Position numbers and translations under genes: made by a program. Shown one piece after another: positions 24,301-37,620 of a DNA stretch of 64,000 nucleotides (within the stretch, counting starts at the first letter, position 1; each line of letters begins with the position of its first letter). This stretch comes from Squalus acanthias. Taxonomy: Eukaryota. A model generated the notes under the pieces. The model searched no databases. It was not told the origin of the DNA and saw nothing but the letters and a program-made list of their open reading frames with translations. The stretch covers positions 158,598,001 to 158,662,000 of the forward strand of contig CM059431.1 in assembly GCA_030390025.1 (NCBI GenBank), given 5' to 3'.

Positions 24301-25137
24301 TTGATATACAACTTTGTCACCCTCCAACTGAATTTAAAATTCAACCATGCTATGACCACTCTTTCCTAGAGGACCCTTTATTATGAGATGAGTTCTTAAT
24401 TCTACCTCATTATACAGTACCAGATCCAAGATAGCCTGCTCCCTGGTTGATTCCATTACATACTGTTCTAGGAAGCCAACCCGGATGCACTCTATGAACT
24501 CATGCTCAACGCTACCATGGCCAATTTGATTTGTCCAATCAATATGGAGATTAAAATCACCCATGATTATTACCGTACCATTTTTACAGGCCTCCATTAT
24601 TTCTTGATTTTTACTCTGTCCGACAGTATTGCTATTGTGAATGCCCTTGAGAGGGTGCAGAGGAGAATTACCAGAATGGTTCAGGGGATGGGGTATGTGA
24701 GCTACAAGGACAAGTTAGAAAAGCTGGATTTGTTTTCCTTCGATCAATGGAGTTTGAGGGGTGATTTGATAGAGGTGTACAAGATTATGACCGGCTTGGA
24801 CAGGCTATATTGGGAAAGGCTGTTCCCACTACCTGATGCCACAAGGACTAGGGGACACAGATACAAGGTTTTGGCAAGAGATACAGGGGGGTTGTGAGTA
24901 AAAACATTCTTCCACAGCGAGTGTTGTGGACTTGGAGCTCGCTGCCGGCGGAAGTGGTTGAAGCGGAGACACCAATGTTTTTCAGGGGAAACTGGATAGG
25001 CACTTAGGGGAAATAATCTTACAGGGCTACGGGGATAGAGCAGGGGAAAGGGACTGTCTGAATTGCTCTACAGAGAGACGGCACGGACTCGATGGGCCGA
25101 ATGGCCTCCTTCTGTGCAGTTATGACTATGACTCTAT
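21370..25137 (+). mobile_element. CR1 LINE 3' part (21370-22078 + 24636-25137) split by a second CR1
   Basis: RT motifs MDFRKAFNKVPH and FADDTK. The sequence resumes at 24636 with NALERVQRR and ends in an atgactatgactctatga tail. Confidence 0.85.
22080..24635 (-). mobile_element. CR1 LINE (nested), endonuclease to 3' end
   Basis: ORFs 22746-23498, 23495-23818 and 24334-24597 give IMGDFN, NYRPVS and VPQESVLGP. The tail lies near 22080. Confidence 0.92.
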
Positions 25138-25432
25138 GAGGAGGGGGCCAAGTATAGATCCCTGGGAGGAGGGTGCACCAGAGGTAACGGTGCGGGAGCG
25201 GGAAGAAAAGCCATTGCAGGTGATTCGCTGGCTACGATTAGAGAGATAAGAATAGAACCAGAGTATTGCAGTCCCACCCAGCTGGACAACGGTGGAGAGG
25301 CGTTGTAGGAAGTTGGAGTGGTCAACCGAATCAAAGGCTGCAGACAGGTCGAGAAGTACGAGGAGAGAGAGTTTACCTTTGTGACAGTCACAAAGGATGT
25401 CTTTTGTGATTTTGATAATATCCGTTTCGGTT
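25138..25432 (-). mobile_element. L2-clade RT fragment
   Basis: Translates to TETDIIKITKDIL...LSLLVLLDLSAAFDSVDH...WFYSYLSNRSQ...QGSILGPLL. Confidence 0.85.
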
Positions 25433-25454
25433 TGTGGCAGGAGCAGAAACTGAT

Positions 25455-27510
25455 TGAGTTCTGATAAACTGTGAGGCCCCATACAAACCTGGCAGGATTC
25501 GATAGACTGCGAATCTTCATACACAACTTGCAGAATCCTAATTCACTCTAACACCCCATACATTTTTTGCAGGTACCTGTTAATTTTTGAAACACTGTGC
25601 ACATCTGGCTGGATACCGATTTACAGTGAAGCACCATATATAACTTGCAGGTTCCTTATACACTGTGAAACCATATACACACGTGGCAGGATCCTGATAC
25701 AATGTGAAACCTGATACAAACCTGGCATGATCGCCATATAAAGTAAAAACCCTTAATATTTGTAGGCTTCGCAAAATCCCCCAGAAACACGAAAAGAGCC
25801 CTAAAGGGAGTGTTTTTGGACCTTTCAGACAAACTTGTGATGATGGGACCTGGGGGAAGTGATTTGATGTAAAAACCTCAGTCTTGGACATTTTAAAGAT
25901 CAGGGAAGAAAAACCCTTAGGAAAATGAATTTTGAATCTTACTGTTTGGAAAGACACCTTTCAAAGACACAAGACAGGCTGCGGAGGGGCGCAGCCAGGC
26001 AGTGGACAGCTTTGGGTATTGCGGCCCAATCAAGCTGTCTGGGAATTTTTTACACTGCAATCCTACCAAGGTGGAAGAGACAAATCCAAAGCCTCACACA
26101 CACAGCGAAATATGAATAATCCAAGACCCCCTTTTGAAATTCCCAGGCCCAAACAGGATACCAGAAGCCTGAAATCAATAAAACATTTAGTACTTCATCA
26201 AATACCAATCAACCAGGTATCCACAGAACAGATTTAAAAGCCCGCCAATAAACCTAGGACAATAGGGTTGAGATTTGGCGCGTAGATAAGGCTCGGTTAA
26301 ATCGGAAAACGATCAAGACATGTTTAACACTGAGCTAAAGCCATAGGAACTGGCAAGCCGGCCAAAACTAGACAATGGACGTAGCAAGGCTCATTTGCAA
26401 CCTAAAGGAAACGTTTGAGTAGTGAGTATCTGGGCGCGAAAAAAGACAGTATAATTGAAAGCCTGTCCCAAAACTTCTCTCTCTTTTGGACTCGCTGACT
26501 ACGCTGACACAGCTCGCTCCCTGCTCCAGCAAAAACCACTACAAGCCACGAGGAGCAAGGCCAGCAAACAGACCAGCACACAAGAAGAAACCAGAACGAC
26601 TGCCTCAGTGACCATCGGACACCTCGCAGCAACAAGGGCCTTACGAAATCTTTTAAACAAAATACTCTAAAGTCCTGCCAAGGATTCGTTGGTGAGCATT
26701 ATCCCTGATCTCCTGAAACCAAAAACCTAGCTAGATAGTGGGATCTTTGGGAGGGATAAGGTTTGTTTTTGGTATATTGTCTTCTCTCTCGCCTGTACCG
26801 TGTGCTCCCCAATCTGTGTGTAAGTATTAAGTGTGTTTTAAGTTTGTTACCTTTTTCTTTTAATAAAGTAAAAATTATTTCATTAGAACCTGTTGTCTAC
26901 TGCAATTTTGTTCACAACCCCTAAATAAGTCCAAAGTCTAGGAACCAGAGTGGTGTGGGAGCGATTAGATCCGCTCACTGAGTCAGAAAGTGAAGGCTGA
27001 CCCCATTACCACCCCCTACATATTATGACAGGATCCTGATATACTTTAAAACCCCATATATATTTCGCAGATTCCCGTTACAATCAAAACCCTCATACAC
27101 AGCTGGCAGGATCCTGATACACTGTTCAATCCGAAGATACCTGATATGATCCCGACAAAATTTGAAAGCCCGTACATTCATGGCATTTCCTGATGCACTA
27201 TGATACCCCACTCACACCGGCAGGGTCCCGATAAATTGTTGAAACCTGGTACACACCTTTCAGGACCAAGATTTTCTGAAACCCAGTACACACCTGGCAG
27301 GATCCTGATACGTGGTGAAATCCCGTACACATATGATAGGATGCTGATACATTCTGAAACAAAATACTCACCCGGTAGCATCGTGACACACTTTGAAACT
27401 GCAGGATTAGTTGGCACGATCCCGATAAACTGTGGAACCAAATACACTCCTAGCAAGATTCCAGATGTACTGTGAGTCACCGTCAACATCTGTCAGGTTC
27501 GCCATAATGT
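25455..27510. repeat. Degenerate minisatellite B (~38 bp unit, approx. cctggcaggatcctgatacactgtgaaaccccatacaca), interrupted by a solo LTR
   Basis: Repeated ggcaggatcctgataca..gtgaaacc units at 25455-25760 and 27021-27510. Confidence 0.8.
25761..27020 (+). mobile_element. Solo LTR (ERV1- or Gypsy-type)
   Basis: Termini TGTAGG...CCTACA, a 4-bp target-site duplication TATT (25757-25760 and 27021-27024), AATAAA at 26862, and no coding motifs. Confidence 0.85.
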
Positions 27511-27774
27511 ATGAAATTGTATTGGAGAAGCTGAGCTTGATCCACTTAAAGCAGATAATGTTCCCAAAAGATTTGATACAAATGTTCAAAACAATGAATG
27601 GTTTTGATAGTGTAAATAAGGTGAAAGTAATTGCAGTGGCTGAATGGTTGATACACAGAAGACACAGTTCCAGAAGATTGGGAAAAAGCACAGGCTGCAT
27701 GAGGAAACATCATTTTATGCAGCGAGTTATTAAGATCTTGAATGTACTGTCTGAAAGGGAGTTGGAAGAGGATT

Positions 27775-28748
27775 ACATAGACATAGACATAGAAAATAGG
27801 TACAGGAGTAGACCATTCGGTCCTTCGAGCCTGCACCGCCATTCAATGCGTTCATGGCTGAACATGCTACCTCAGTACCCCATTCCTGCTTTTTCGCCAT
27901 ACCCCTTGATCCCCTTAGTTGTGAGTGTTATATCTAACTCCCTTTTGAATATATTTAGCGAACTGGCCTCAACAACCTTCTGTGGAAGAGAATTCCATAG
28001 ATTCACCACTCTCTGGGTGAAGAAGTTCCTCCTCAGCTCAGTCCTAAATGGCTTCCCCTTAATCCTTAGACTGTGACCCCTGGTTCTAGTTTTCCCTACC
28101 ATTGGGAACATTCTGCCCGCATCTAATTTGTCTAAACCAGTCAGGATTTTAAATGTCTCTATAAGATCCCCCCTCATTCTTCTGAACTCCAGAGGATACA
28201 AGTTCAGTTGACCCAATCTTTCTTGATATGTCAGTCCGGCCATCCCAGGAATCAATCTAGTGAACCTTCGCTGCACTCCCTCAATAGCAAGAATGTCCTT
28301 CCTTAAGTTAGGAGACCAAAACTGCGCACAATACTCCAGGTGTGGCCTCACCAAGGCCCTGTACAACTGTAGCATCACCTCCCTACTCCTGTACTCAAAT
28401 CCCCTTGCTATGAAGGCCATCATTCCGTTTGCTTTCTTGACTGCCTGCTGCACTTGCATTCCCACCTTCAGTGACTGATGTACCATGACGCCCAGGTCTC
28501 GTTGCACGTCCCCTTTCCCTAATCTGCCACCATTCAGGTAATAGTCCGCCTCTCTATTTTTACCACCAAAGTGGATAACCTCACATTTATCGACATTGTA
28601 CTTCATCTGCCATACATTTGCCCATTCACCCAACCTGTCCAAGTCACTCTGTAGCCTCCTAGCATCCTCCTCATTGTTCACACTGCCTCCCAATTTAGTG
28701 TCATCCGCAAATTTGGAGATATTACATTTAATCCCTTCGTCCAAATTA
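27775..28748 (-). mobile_element. CR1 LINE 3' portion, close sibling of 8850-11922, inserted in an older CR1 remnant (27510-28910)
   Basis: The 297-aa ORF 27872-28765 is almost identical to the C-terminus of the 8850 element. The flanks share ttacatag. Confidence 0.93.
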
Positions 28749-28919
28749 CATAGTGATCTTCTCAAAGGAATTGAATAAATACATTGAAGGTAAAAAATAC
28801 AGGGTTATGCTGATAGAGAAGTGGAGTGGGATAATTAGAAATCTCTACCAAAGAGCTGGCGCAAACACGATGGGAAGAATGGCCTCAATCCGTACTACAT
28901 TATTCTATGATGAAAACTT

Positions 28920-31490
28920 AAAATGGCAGTATCAGTGTGCAGTCTCAGATCAGGGGAAAACACAGGTGCAGGAAGGGGTGAGTGTGACTGCCAGCACGGT
29001 ACGAGGAACTCAGTGGAGATGGAGGAGGACGGCCCGCAGACACTGGTCCAACGCAAATAGTATGATGTGCTTCATTCCTGTCAGGATAAGGAGAAAGAAT
29101 GCGGGGAGGACAGCCACAATGCTGATCTAGGCAGACGGGAGGAGCTGATTCGAAATTTTGTAGTTATGAGGGAGTCAAAAATTAGGGCATCCTCTGTAAC
29201 CACAAGCTAGAGTACGAAGGATGTGTTGTCTACATGATGCCTGGGTAAGTGATAGCTCCATGCTTCTGAAAAGGAATTTGGAAAGTAAGGGGAAGATCCA
29301 GTTGTTGTGGTCCATGACAGGACGAATGACAAAGGTTAGAATGTGTAGAAATTTCTGCAGAGGAAGTACCACGACTTCGGAGCTAAACTAAAGCGCAGAA
29401 CATGAAGGGTATTCATTTTAGGGTTATTACCGGAGCCACGTAGTAATCAGCAACGGGGCAAACAGACCAGGAAAATGAGCATGTGGCAAAATGAGTATTT
29501 AAGGGAAGGAGGGGTACGATTTCGTGGGACACCGGCAACAGTACCAGGGCAGGAAGAAGGTGTACCATTTGGCTCGTCTCCTTCTGAACCGGGATTGCAC
29601 CAAAGTCTTAGCGGAAATGACGACCAGGTGGAATAAAAGCACTGTAAACTAAAACATGGCAGAAGGACTACTTCAGACACAGTAGTAAAAATTATAGTTC
29701 ATTCTTTTTAAAAAGGGATAAAATCAAAGTTCAGGTCACAAACAGTGATATAGATTCTACACACGAAATTAATCCTCAAATAACTAAATAAGTTACACGA
29801 GGCGTAACAAGTGATAACCGTGTTCAGTTAAACAGTTTATGAAAAACAGCATCAGCGTAGAATGATAGGGTAGGGTCTCTTGGCCAGAATTCTGTCTTTT
29901 ATACTAACGCATGGAGTATAAGAAATACATTGAGTGAATTTGAGGCTGAAATACAGATTCGAGGGTGTGATTTGTTGGCCATTACTGCAAAGCTGGTCAG
30001 TATTAGGATTTAAATATTCTAGGTTATATTGTCTTCAGTAAGGATAGGAAGCTGGAAGAGGAGGATTGGTAACCTTGTTGATGTAATATACTATTACAGC
30101 ATGAATAAGAGAGGATATAGGGAGGTGAAATCAATCAGCTGACAGATTGGTTAGAAATTACCAATAAAAGCGAACGTAAACCTATAATGGGAGTTTTCGA
30201 GAGACCTCCTGATAGTAACAATGGAGTGGTAGAATGTGCAAGTTCAAATATTAGATAAGCTTGCTGCAAAATAAGATTAGTTTTAATTGGATAATATAAT
30301 TTTCAGAAAGATTAAGAAGAGTAGAGTAGGTCAAGTTAGAAATGTAGGAAATTGATTCAGTGCATTCAAGGTAGGTTTTTTTAGAGCTCAAGAAAAAACA
30401 AGAGGGCAGTAGATACTAAAATTAGTAATAAATAAACAGCCAGCCTTCCTTAATAATCTAACAGTAAGAGAACATTTATCGAACAGTGATCTTAATATGA
30501 TAAAATTCAATTTTAGTTCTCAAAAGAGGATATGAACACTGCAACTAAGATTCTAATTCGTGGTACGGGCCGTGGTATGGACAGAAACTGACGACAGCAA
30601 AATGGTTCAACCTATCATCAGGTAAAACTGCAGATAATCAGTGGGAGATGTTCAAAACAAAATTCAGCTTAATGCAGGACCAGTACATACCCCAAAGTGG
30701 CACGAGCTCTACTTGTAAAAAAACCCAGCCATGATCGAGAAAAGAGTTTCGAGATAACACAAAACTAAAGGAAAGAGCATGCAAAAGTGTAAAGAATAGT
30801 GTAATTCCAGGGTTCAGCATAAAGAACAGCAAAAGAAGAAAAATGGTGCTGTTAAAAGGGAATATGAAAAGAAGTTTGCGGGAGATATCAAGATTAACAC
30901 AAAAAACGTTTTTACAATTACAGTAGAAGAAAAAGGGTAGTCTGGGTGAATATGTGCCCTTTAAAACAGATGTGTGTAATATAACAAAAAAAAATAAGGC
31001 AATAGTAGACATGATGAATAATTACTTCACATCAGTGGTCAAAGAATAGGACATTCTTGGGAAACTATTGGGACTGGTACTGGCAATCGCTGAAGTTATC
31101 ACAATCAGTAAAACAGAATTTAAAAATATAATGGTACTAAGGTCTGACGAATCCCACGGAACTGTTGGTTTCTATCCAAAGATGTAAAAGTTATTAGGTG
31201 TTGAAGTTGCAAAGGCTTTGGCCACAATCTTTCAAAGCTCTTTTGATTCACCAAATGTTCTTCAAATTGGGAAATTAGAAATGTGACTCCATTATTTCAG
31301 AATGTTGAGAGAGAGCAACCAGGAAATTATAAGCCTTTAAGTCTAACATTAGTTGCGGGAAATTATTGGAAACCATAATTAGGAAAAGAGTGACTGAGCA
31401 CTGAGTGAAATTAAAGTAATCACCCATGATATCTTTGAATGGCGGAATGAACTCGAGGGAATGAATCGCCTATTCCTGTTCCTATGTTGT
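28920..31490 (+). mobile_element. Old, heavily decayed CR1 (esterase ORF1 remnant + ORF2 remnant)
   Basis: Recognisable similarity to ORF1 at 33625-34413 (gatccagttgttgtggtccatg) and to ORF2 motifs (SIRN, SD, GNYKPLSLT), with many stops. Confidence 0.7.
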
Positions 31491-31649
31491 TGACGGTAAA
31501 TATATGGATAAAATCTCAGTACCGTCGAAGGACTTTCGCCCCAACGTGCCTATGCCGCTCTTAGAAAGAGCGAGCCAATTAGACCTACTTCCCCGCTCTT
31601 TCTCCATGGCACTGCAATGGAGAAAATGTTAATATTCTGCCGTTTATAA

Positions 31650-32070
31650 TGTTTGCCTATACTCATTGTAATTTAGAAGAATTAGAAGTGATCTTATTGA
31701 ACAATATAAGATGCTGAGGGGGCTCAACAAGGTGTATGCAGCGAGGATGTTTCCCCTCGTTGGGAAAACTAGAACTCGGGAGCATAGTTTCAGAATAAAG
31801 GATCACGCTTTCAGAACTGAAGTGAGGAGGAATATCTTCTCTGAGAGGGTCGTAAATCTGTGAAATTCTCTGCCCCAGAGAGCCGTGGAGGCTGGGTCAT
31901 TAAATACATTTAAGGTGGAGATAGACAGATTTTTGCAAGATACAGGAATGAAGTCTTATGGGGAGCGGGCAGGGAAGTGTCTTTGAGCCCCAAGCTCAGC
32001 CATAATTTTATTGAATGTCGGAGCAGGCTCGAGGGGCCAAGTGGCCTATTCCTGCCCTTATTTCTTATGT
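31650..32070 (+). mobile_element. CR1 3' end fragment
   Basis: ORF2 C-terminus followed by the 3' hairpin ggagcaggctcgaggggcc..ggcctattcctgc and a tttcttatg tail. Confidence 0.85.
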
Positions 32071-32396
32071 GCCAGGAAACAAAACCGGGTTAGCAAAGCC
32101 GGAAAACGAGGTTGTGGGTTACCGTGTCTGTCCATGAATGCTGCGCTATTATAATAGCTTTGAACTACTATCAAGCTACACATTGCACCATGGCGTCGAA
32201 TCTGAAAACACGTTTCCTACCTCCCGTGAGGATTTTGGTAATATGCTGATTCCATCTTTAAGTATTGGTGGTATCTTTAACTTTTACAACGCACAATATA
32301 GGACACCCAATCGAGAGGTTGATCACTGAGCCTCTATCGCCCGTTTGACAGAAGCAAGAAAAGTTAAAGTTTCCCGAGAGTGTGATAGCACCGTAG

Positions 32397-33060
32397 CTAG
32401 AGTGCAGTTTGTCACGGAGTGCAGATTTGGAAAAGAGTGCTAAGCTGCGAGTTTGGTGAGTGAGGGAGTAACTCTTAAACGTTAATCTCTTATTTTTATA
32501 AATTCTAGTCTTGTGTGCTTGCAATTAGTACTTAAATTTACTGTTTCAAGTTTTAAGTTTCTTCCAGGCTTGGGCAGGGCTAAGCAAGCTCTGTGCTGGA
32601 GAGCAGGTGATAGTAATTAATTAATTAACTGGTCTAATCTGGTTCTGTAACTGCCAGAGAGCTCACGTATTTAAATCGCAGCAGTATAAATAAGGGAGAC
32701 TAGAGTGCAGTTTGTCACGGAGTGCAGCTTTGGAATAGAGTGCTAAGCTGCGAGTTTGGTGAGTGAGGGAGTAACTCTTAAACGGTTAATCTCTTATTTT
32801 TATAAATTCTAGTCTTGTGTGCTTGCAATTAGAATTTAAATTTACTGTTTCAAGTTTTAAGTTTCTTCCAGGCTTGGGCAGGAATAAGCAAGCTCTGTGC
32901 TGGAGAGCAGGTGATAGTAATTAATTAATTAGCTGGTCTAATCTGGTTCTGTAACTGCCAGAGAGCTCACTTATTTAAATCTCAGCAGTATAAATAAGGG
33001 AGACTAGAGTGCAGATTTGGAATAGAGTGCTAAGCTGCGAGTTTGGTGAGTGAGGGAGTT
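32397..33060 (+). repeat. ~303-bp tandem monomers (about 2.2 copies) at the 5' end of a full-length CR1
   Basis: Near-identical units start with ctagagtgcag at ~32397, ~32700 and ~33004. Units end with gtataaataagggaga. Confidence 0.9.
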
Positions 33061-36000
33061 CGGGGAGGGAGGTGTGCCTTCCTTTTTCCATCTTTGTCAG
33101 GTTCCTGGTGCGGCGACGGACCTGTGTGAGGCGAGGGGGCGGCAAAGGGCTTAAAAGGCTCCAGAGACCAGGTAAGGCGAGACCAGTCTCCGAACTCGGA
33201 AGGAGGTAGAGAGGTAAAAATAATCGTGGTGTGCCGTCACCAGAAAGCAGGTAAGTAAATGGTTGGTGAGTATTTCTCTCTTTTTAAACTAAAACTCTTT
33301 TGGTTATAGTTAATAAGGCCTTTCTGGTGCAGAGTGACTGTTGGTAAAGTATTTAACTGGTGTAATTTAGAGGGATTGATTTAATTTAAATCCAATTAAT
33401 TAGAGGGGATACTAGCATCTATAATCGGGCAGAGAGTGTCCATAACTAACAATAAAAACATTAAATTAATTACATAGAATGGAGCAGGTGATGTGTTACT
33501 GTTGCGAGATGTGGGAGCCGGTGGACCCCATTGAGGTCCATGTGAGAAGTGTCTGCTGCTACAGGAATTCCAGCTCCGTATTGATGAGCTGGAGTCTGAG
33601 CTTCAGACACTTTGACACATCAGGGTGGGGGAGAAGTACCTGGACTTTGTGTTTGAGGAGGTGGTCACACCTATGAAGTTAATTAATTCAGATGTAGCCC
33701 ATGGTCAGGGACAGGACGGTGCGACTACGACTGAGGTAGGTACAGGGATCCAGGAGGTAGTGTTGGATGAGCCGCAGCCCTTGCTCTTGTCCAACAGGTT
33801 CGAGGTTCTTACTCCCTGTGGGGACGGGAGCAGGGACTGCAGGGAGGATGAGCAACCTGGCCACAGCACCTTGGAACGGGGGGCCATACAAGAGGGGGGA
33901 GTAAATAGAAATGTTGTAGTGGTAGGGGATGGTATTATTAGGGGGATAGATAGAGTTCTCTGCAGCCGAGAGCGAGAGTCCCATAGGCTGTGTTGCCTGC
34001 TCGGTGCCAGGGTTAAGGACATCTCCTCTGGGCTGGAAAGAAACTTGCAGTGGGAGGGGGTGGATCCAGTTGTCGTGGTCCATGTTGGTACAAACGACGT
34101 AGATAGGACAAGGAAGCAGGTTCTGTTAAAGGAGTATGAGCAGATAGGGGTCAAATAAAAAAACAGAACCTCAAGGGTATTAATCTCTGGATTATTACCT
34201 GAGCCACGAGCGAATTTGGCTCGGACAAATAAAATTAGAGAGTTAAATGAGTGGCTCAAAGACTGGTGTGGGAGAAATTGGTTTTGCTTCCTGGGGCACT
34301 GGCACCAGTACTGGGGCAGGAGGGAGCTGTTCCGTTGGGACGGGCTTCACTTGGCCAGTGCTGGGACTAGAGTCCTGGCGGATCATATAACTAGGGCTGT
34401 AGAGAGGGCTTGAAACTAACTAGCGGGGGCGGGGGGCGGGGGGGGGAGGTTCCTAGAGAGCAAATAATAAAAATGACAACAGAGAAGGTCATAGACGTAG
34501 GTAGCAGTCGGGAAATTAAAAACCAGAGTGTGTCAGGAAGGGGCAGAAGGTATGAAGTAATTGGTAAAATAATAAAAAGGGCAAAAGCAGGAACTAAGTG
34601 TCACAAAACATATTTGAAAGTTCTCTATCTGAATGCACGTAGCATTCGTAACAAAATAGATGAGTTGATGGCACAACTAACTACATATGGGTATGATCTT
34701 GTGGCCATTACAGAAACATGGCTGCAGGGTGACAATGCCTGGGAATTTAACATACCAGGTTATTTAACGATCAGGAAGGACAGGCAGGAAGGAAGGGGAG
34801 GTTGGTGTGGCTATGTTAACAAAGGAAGGAATCACTGTAATACAGAGAAATGATATTGGGTCAAAAGATCAGGATAATGAAACAGTTTGGGTGGAGATAA
34901 GGAATAATAAGGGGAAAAAAAACACTAGTGGGCGTAGTATCAATCAGGAAATAGTTGAGGCTTGTAATAAGGGAACAACTTTAATTATGGGCATTTTAAC
35001 AATCATATTAATTGGACAAATCAAATTGGGCAGGGCTGCCTTGAAGATGAGTTCATTGAGTGTATTAGGGATGGGTTTCTTGAGCAGTATGTAACTGAAC
35101 CGACCCGGGAGCAAGCAACCTTAGATCTGGTCCTGTGTAACGAGACAGGATTAATTAAAAATGTCCTCGTAAAGGAGCCCTTTGGAATGAGTGACCATAA
35201 CATGGTTGAATTCCATATTCAATTAGAGATTGAGAAGGTTAGATCTCAAACAAGCGTGCTAAGCTTCAATAAAGGAGACTTTGAAGGTATGCGATCGGAA
35301 TTGTGTAGAGTGGATTGGGAAAATAGATTAAAGGGTAAGACGATACACGATCAGTGGTGCACATTTAAGGAGTTATTTAACAACTTCCAAAAAATATATA
35401 TTCCATTGAGAAGAAAAGGGTGTAAAAGAAAAGACAGTCATCCATGGCTAAGTAAAGAAATTAAGGATAATATTCGACTAAAAACAAGGACTTTTTAGGT
35501 AGACAAATCTTGTGGGTGGATAGAGGATTGGGAAAAATTTAAAAGACAGCAAAAAATAACGAAAAGATTGCTTAAGAAAGGGAAGATAGATTATGAAAGT
35601 AAATTAGCATAACATATAAAAACAGATAGTAAGAGTTTTTATAGTTATATAAAAAGAAAAAGGGTGGCTAAAGTAAATGTTGGTCCCTTAGAGGATTAGA
35701 CCGGGAAATTAATGGTGTGAAATATGGAGATGGCAAATACACTGAATGAATATTTTGTATCAGTCTTTACAGTAGAGGACACTAACAATATCCCAACACT
35801 GAACAAACAGGGGGCTTTAGGGGGGGGGGAGGAGCTAAACACGATCAAAATCGCTAAGGAAGTGGTACTTGGTAAAATAATGGGACTCAAGGCGGATAAA
35901 TAACCTGGAACGGATGGCTTACATCCTAGGGTCTTGAGGGAAGTGGCGGTAGGAATTGTGGATGCATTGGTAATAATTTTCCAAAACTCCCTGGACTCAG

Positions 36001-37620
36001 CAAGGATCCCGGCAGACTGGACAACTGCTAATGTAACACCCTTATTTAAAAAGGGCAGTAGACAGAAGGCTGGAAACTATAGACCGGTTAGCCTAACATC
36101 TGTGGTTGGTAAAATTTTGGAGACCATTATTAAGGAGACAGTAACGGGACATTTGGATAATAATAATTTAATAGGACAAAGTCAGGATGGTTTTATGCAG
36201 GGGAAGTCATGTTTGACAAATTTGCTGGAGTTCTTTGAGGATGTAACACACAGGGTGGATAAAGGGGAACCAGTGGATGTGGTGTATTTAGACTTCCAAA
36301 AGGCATTTGACAAGGTGCCACACAAAAGATTATTGCTTAAGATAAAAAATCACGGAATTGGGGGTAATATTCTGGCATGGATAGAGGATTGGCTATCTAA
36401 CAGAAGGCAGAGAGTTGGGATAAATGGTTCATTCTCAGACTGGCAATCAGTATCTAGTGGTGTTCCGCAGGGGTCAGTGCTGGGTCCCCAACCCTTTACA
36501 ATCTATATTAACGATTTGGAGGGGGGAACGAGTGTAACATATCAAAGTTTGCAGATGATACTAAGATGGGAGGGAAAGTAGTGAGTGAGGAGGACATAAA
36601 AAATCTGCAAGGGGACATAGACAGGCTAAGTAAGTGGGCAGAGATTTGGCAGATGGAATACAATACTGGAAAGTGTGAGGTTATGCACTTTGTTAGGAAA
36701 AATAGTAGAGCAAGTTATTATCTAAATGTCAACAAACTGGAAAGTACTGAAGTACAAAGGGATCTGGGAGTCCTGGTGCACGAAACTCAAAAGGTTAGTA
36801 TGCAGGTGCAGCAAGTGATTAAGAAGGGCAATGGAATGTGGCTTTCATTGCTAGGGGGATAGAATATAAAAATAGGGAGGTGTTGCTTCAGTTGTACAAG
36901 GTATTGGTGAGACCGCACCTGGAATACTGCATACAGTTTTGGTGTCCATACTTAAGAAAGGACGTACTTGCTCTCGAGTCAGTACAAAGAAGGTTCAGTC
37001 GGTTAATCCCGGGGATGAGGGGGTGGACATATGAGGAGAGGTTGGGTAGATTGGGACTCTACTCATTGGAGTTCAGAAAAAGGAGAGGCGATCTCATTGA
37101 AACATATGAGATCGTGAAGGGGTTGGCTCGGGTGGATGCGGGGAGGATGTTCCCGATGATGGGTGAAACTAGAACTAGGGGGCATAATCTTAGAATAAGG
37201 GGCTGCTCTTTCAAAACTGAGATGAGAAGGAACTACTTCACTCAGAGGGTGTTAGGTCCATGGAATATGCTGCCCAAAAAAGCTGTAGAAGCTACATCAT
37301 TACATAAATTTAAAACAAAAATAGACAGTTTCCTAGAAGTAAAGGGAATTAAGGGTTACGGGGAGCGGGCAGGAATTTGGACATGAGTCTAGGTTCGGAT
37401 CGGTCATGGCCCTGTGGGTAGCGTAGCGGACCCAGGGGCCGTGTAGCCTGATTCTGCTCCTAATTTCGTGTATCCAATTCTGTTAGGTTCAGGAGATGGT
37501 TCTGTGATAGTAGATTGGCGGTTAGGATCAGATCAGCCATGATCTCATTGAATGGCGGAGCAGGCTCGAGGGGCCAATTGGCCTACTCCTGCTCCTATTT
37601 CTCATGTTCTTATGTTCTTA
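32397..37620 (+). mobile_element. Near full-length CR1 LINE: 5' monomers, ORF1 (Cys zinc finger + SGNH esterase), ORF2 (APE + RT); inactivated
   Basis: ORF1 33479-34413 has C..C..W, VVVGDGII, VHVGTND and DGLH. ORF2 ~34600-37386 has YLNARSIRNK, ITETWL and PQGSVLGP, with stops and frameshifts. Tail is (ttcttatg)n. Confidence 0.93.

Noticed and set aside
33625..34413. SGNH/GDSL esterase as a host or horizontally acquired gene
   Set aside because: An esterase in ORF1 is an established feature of CR1 elements, and here it sits directly upstream of ORF2 in several copies.
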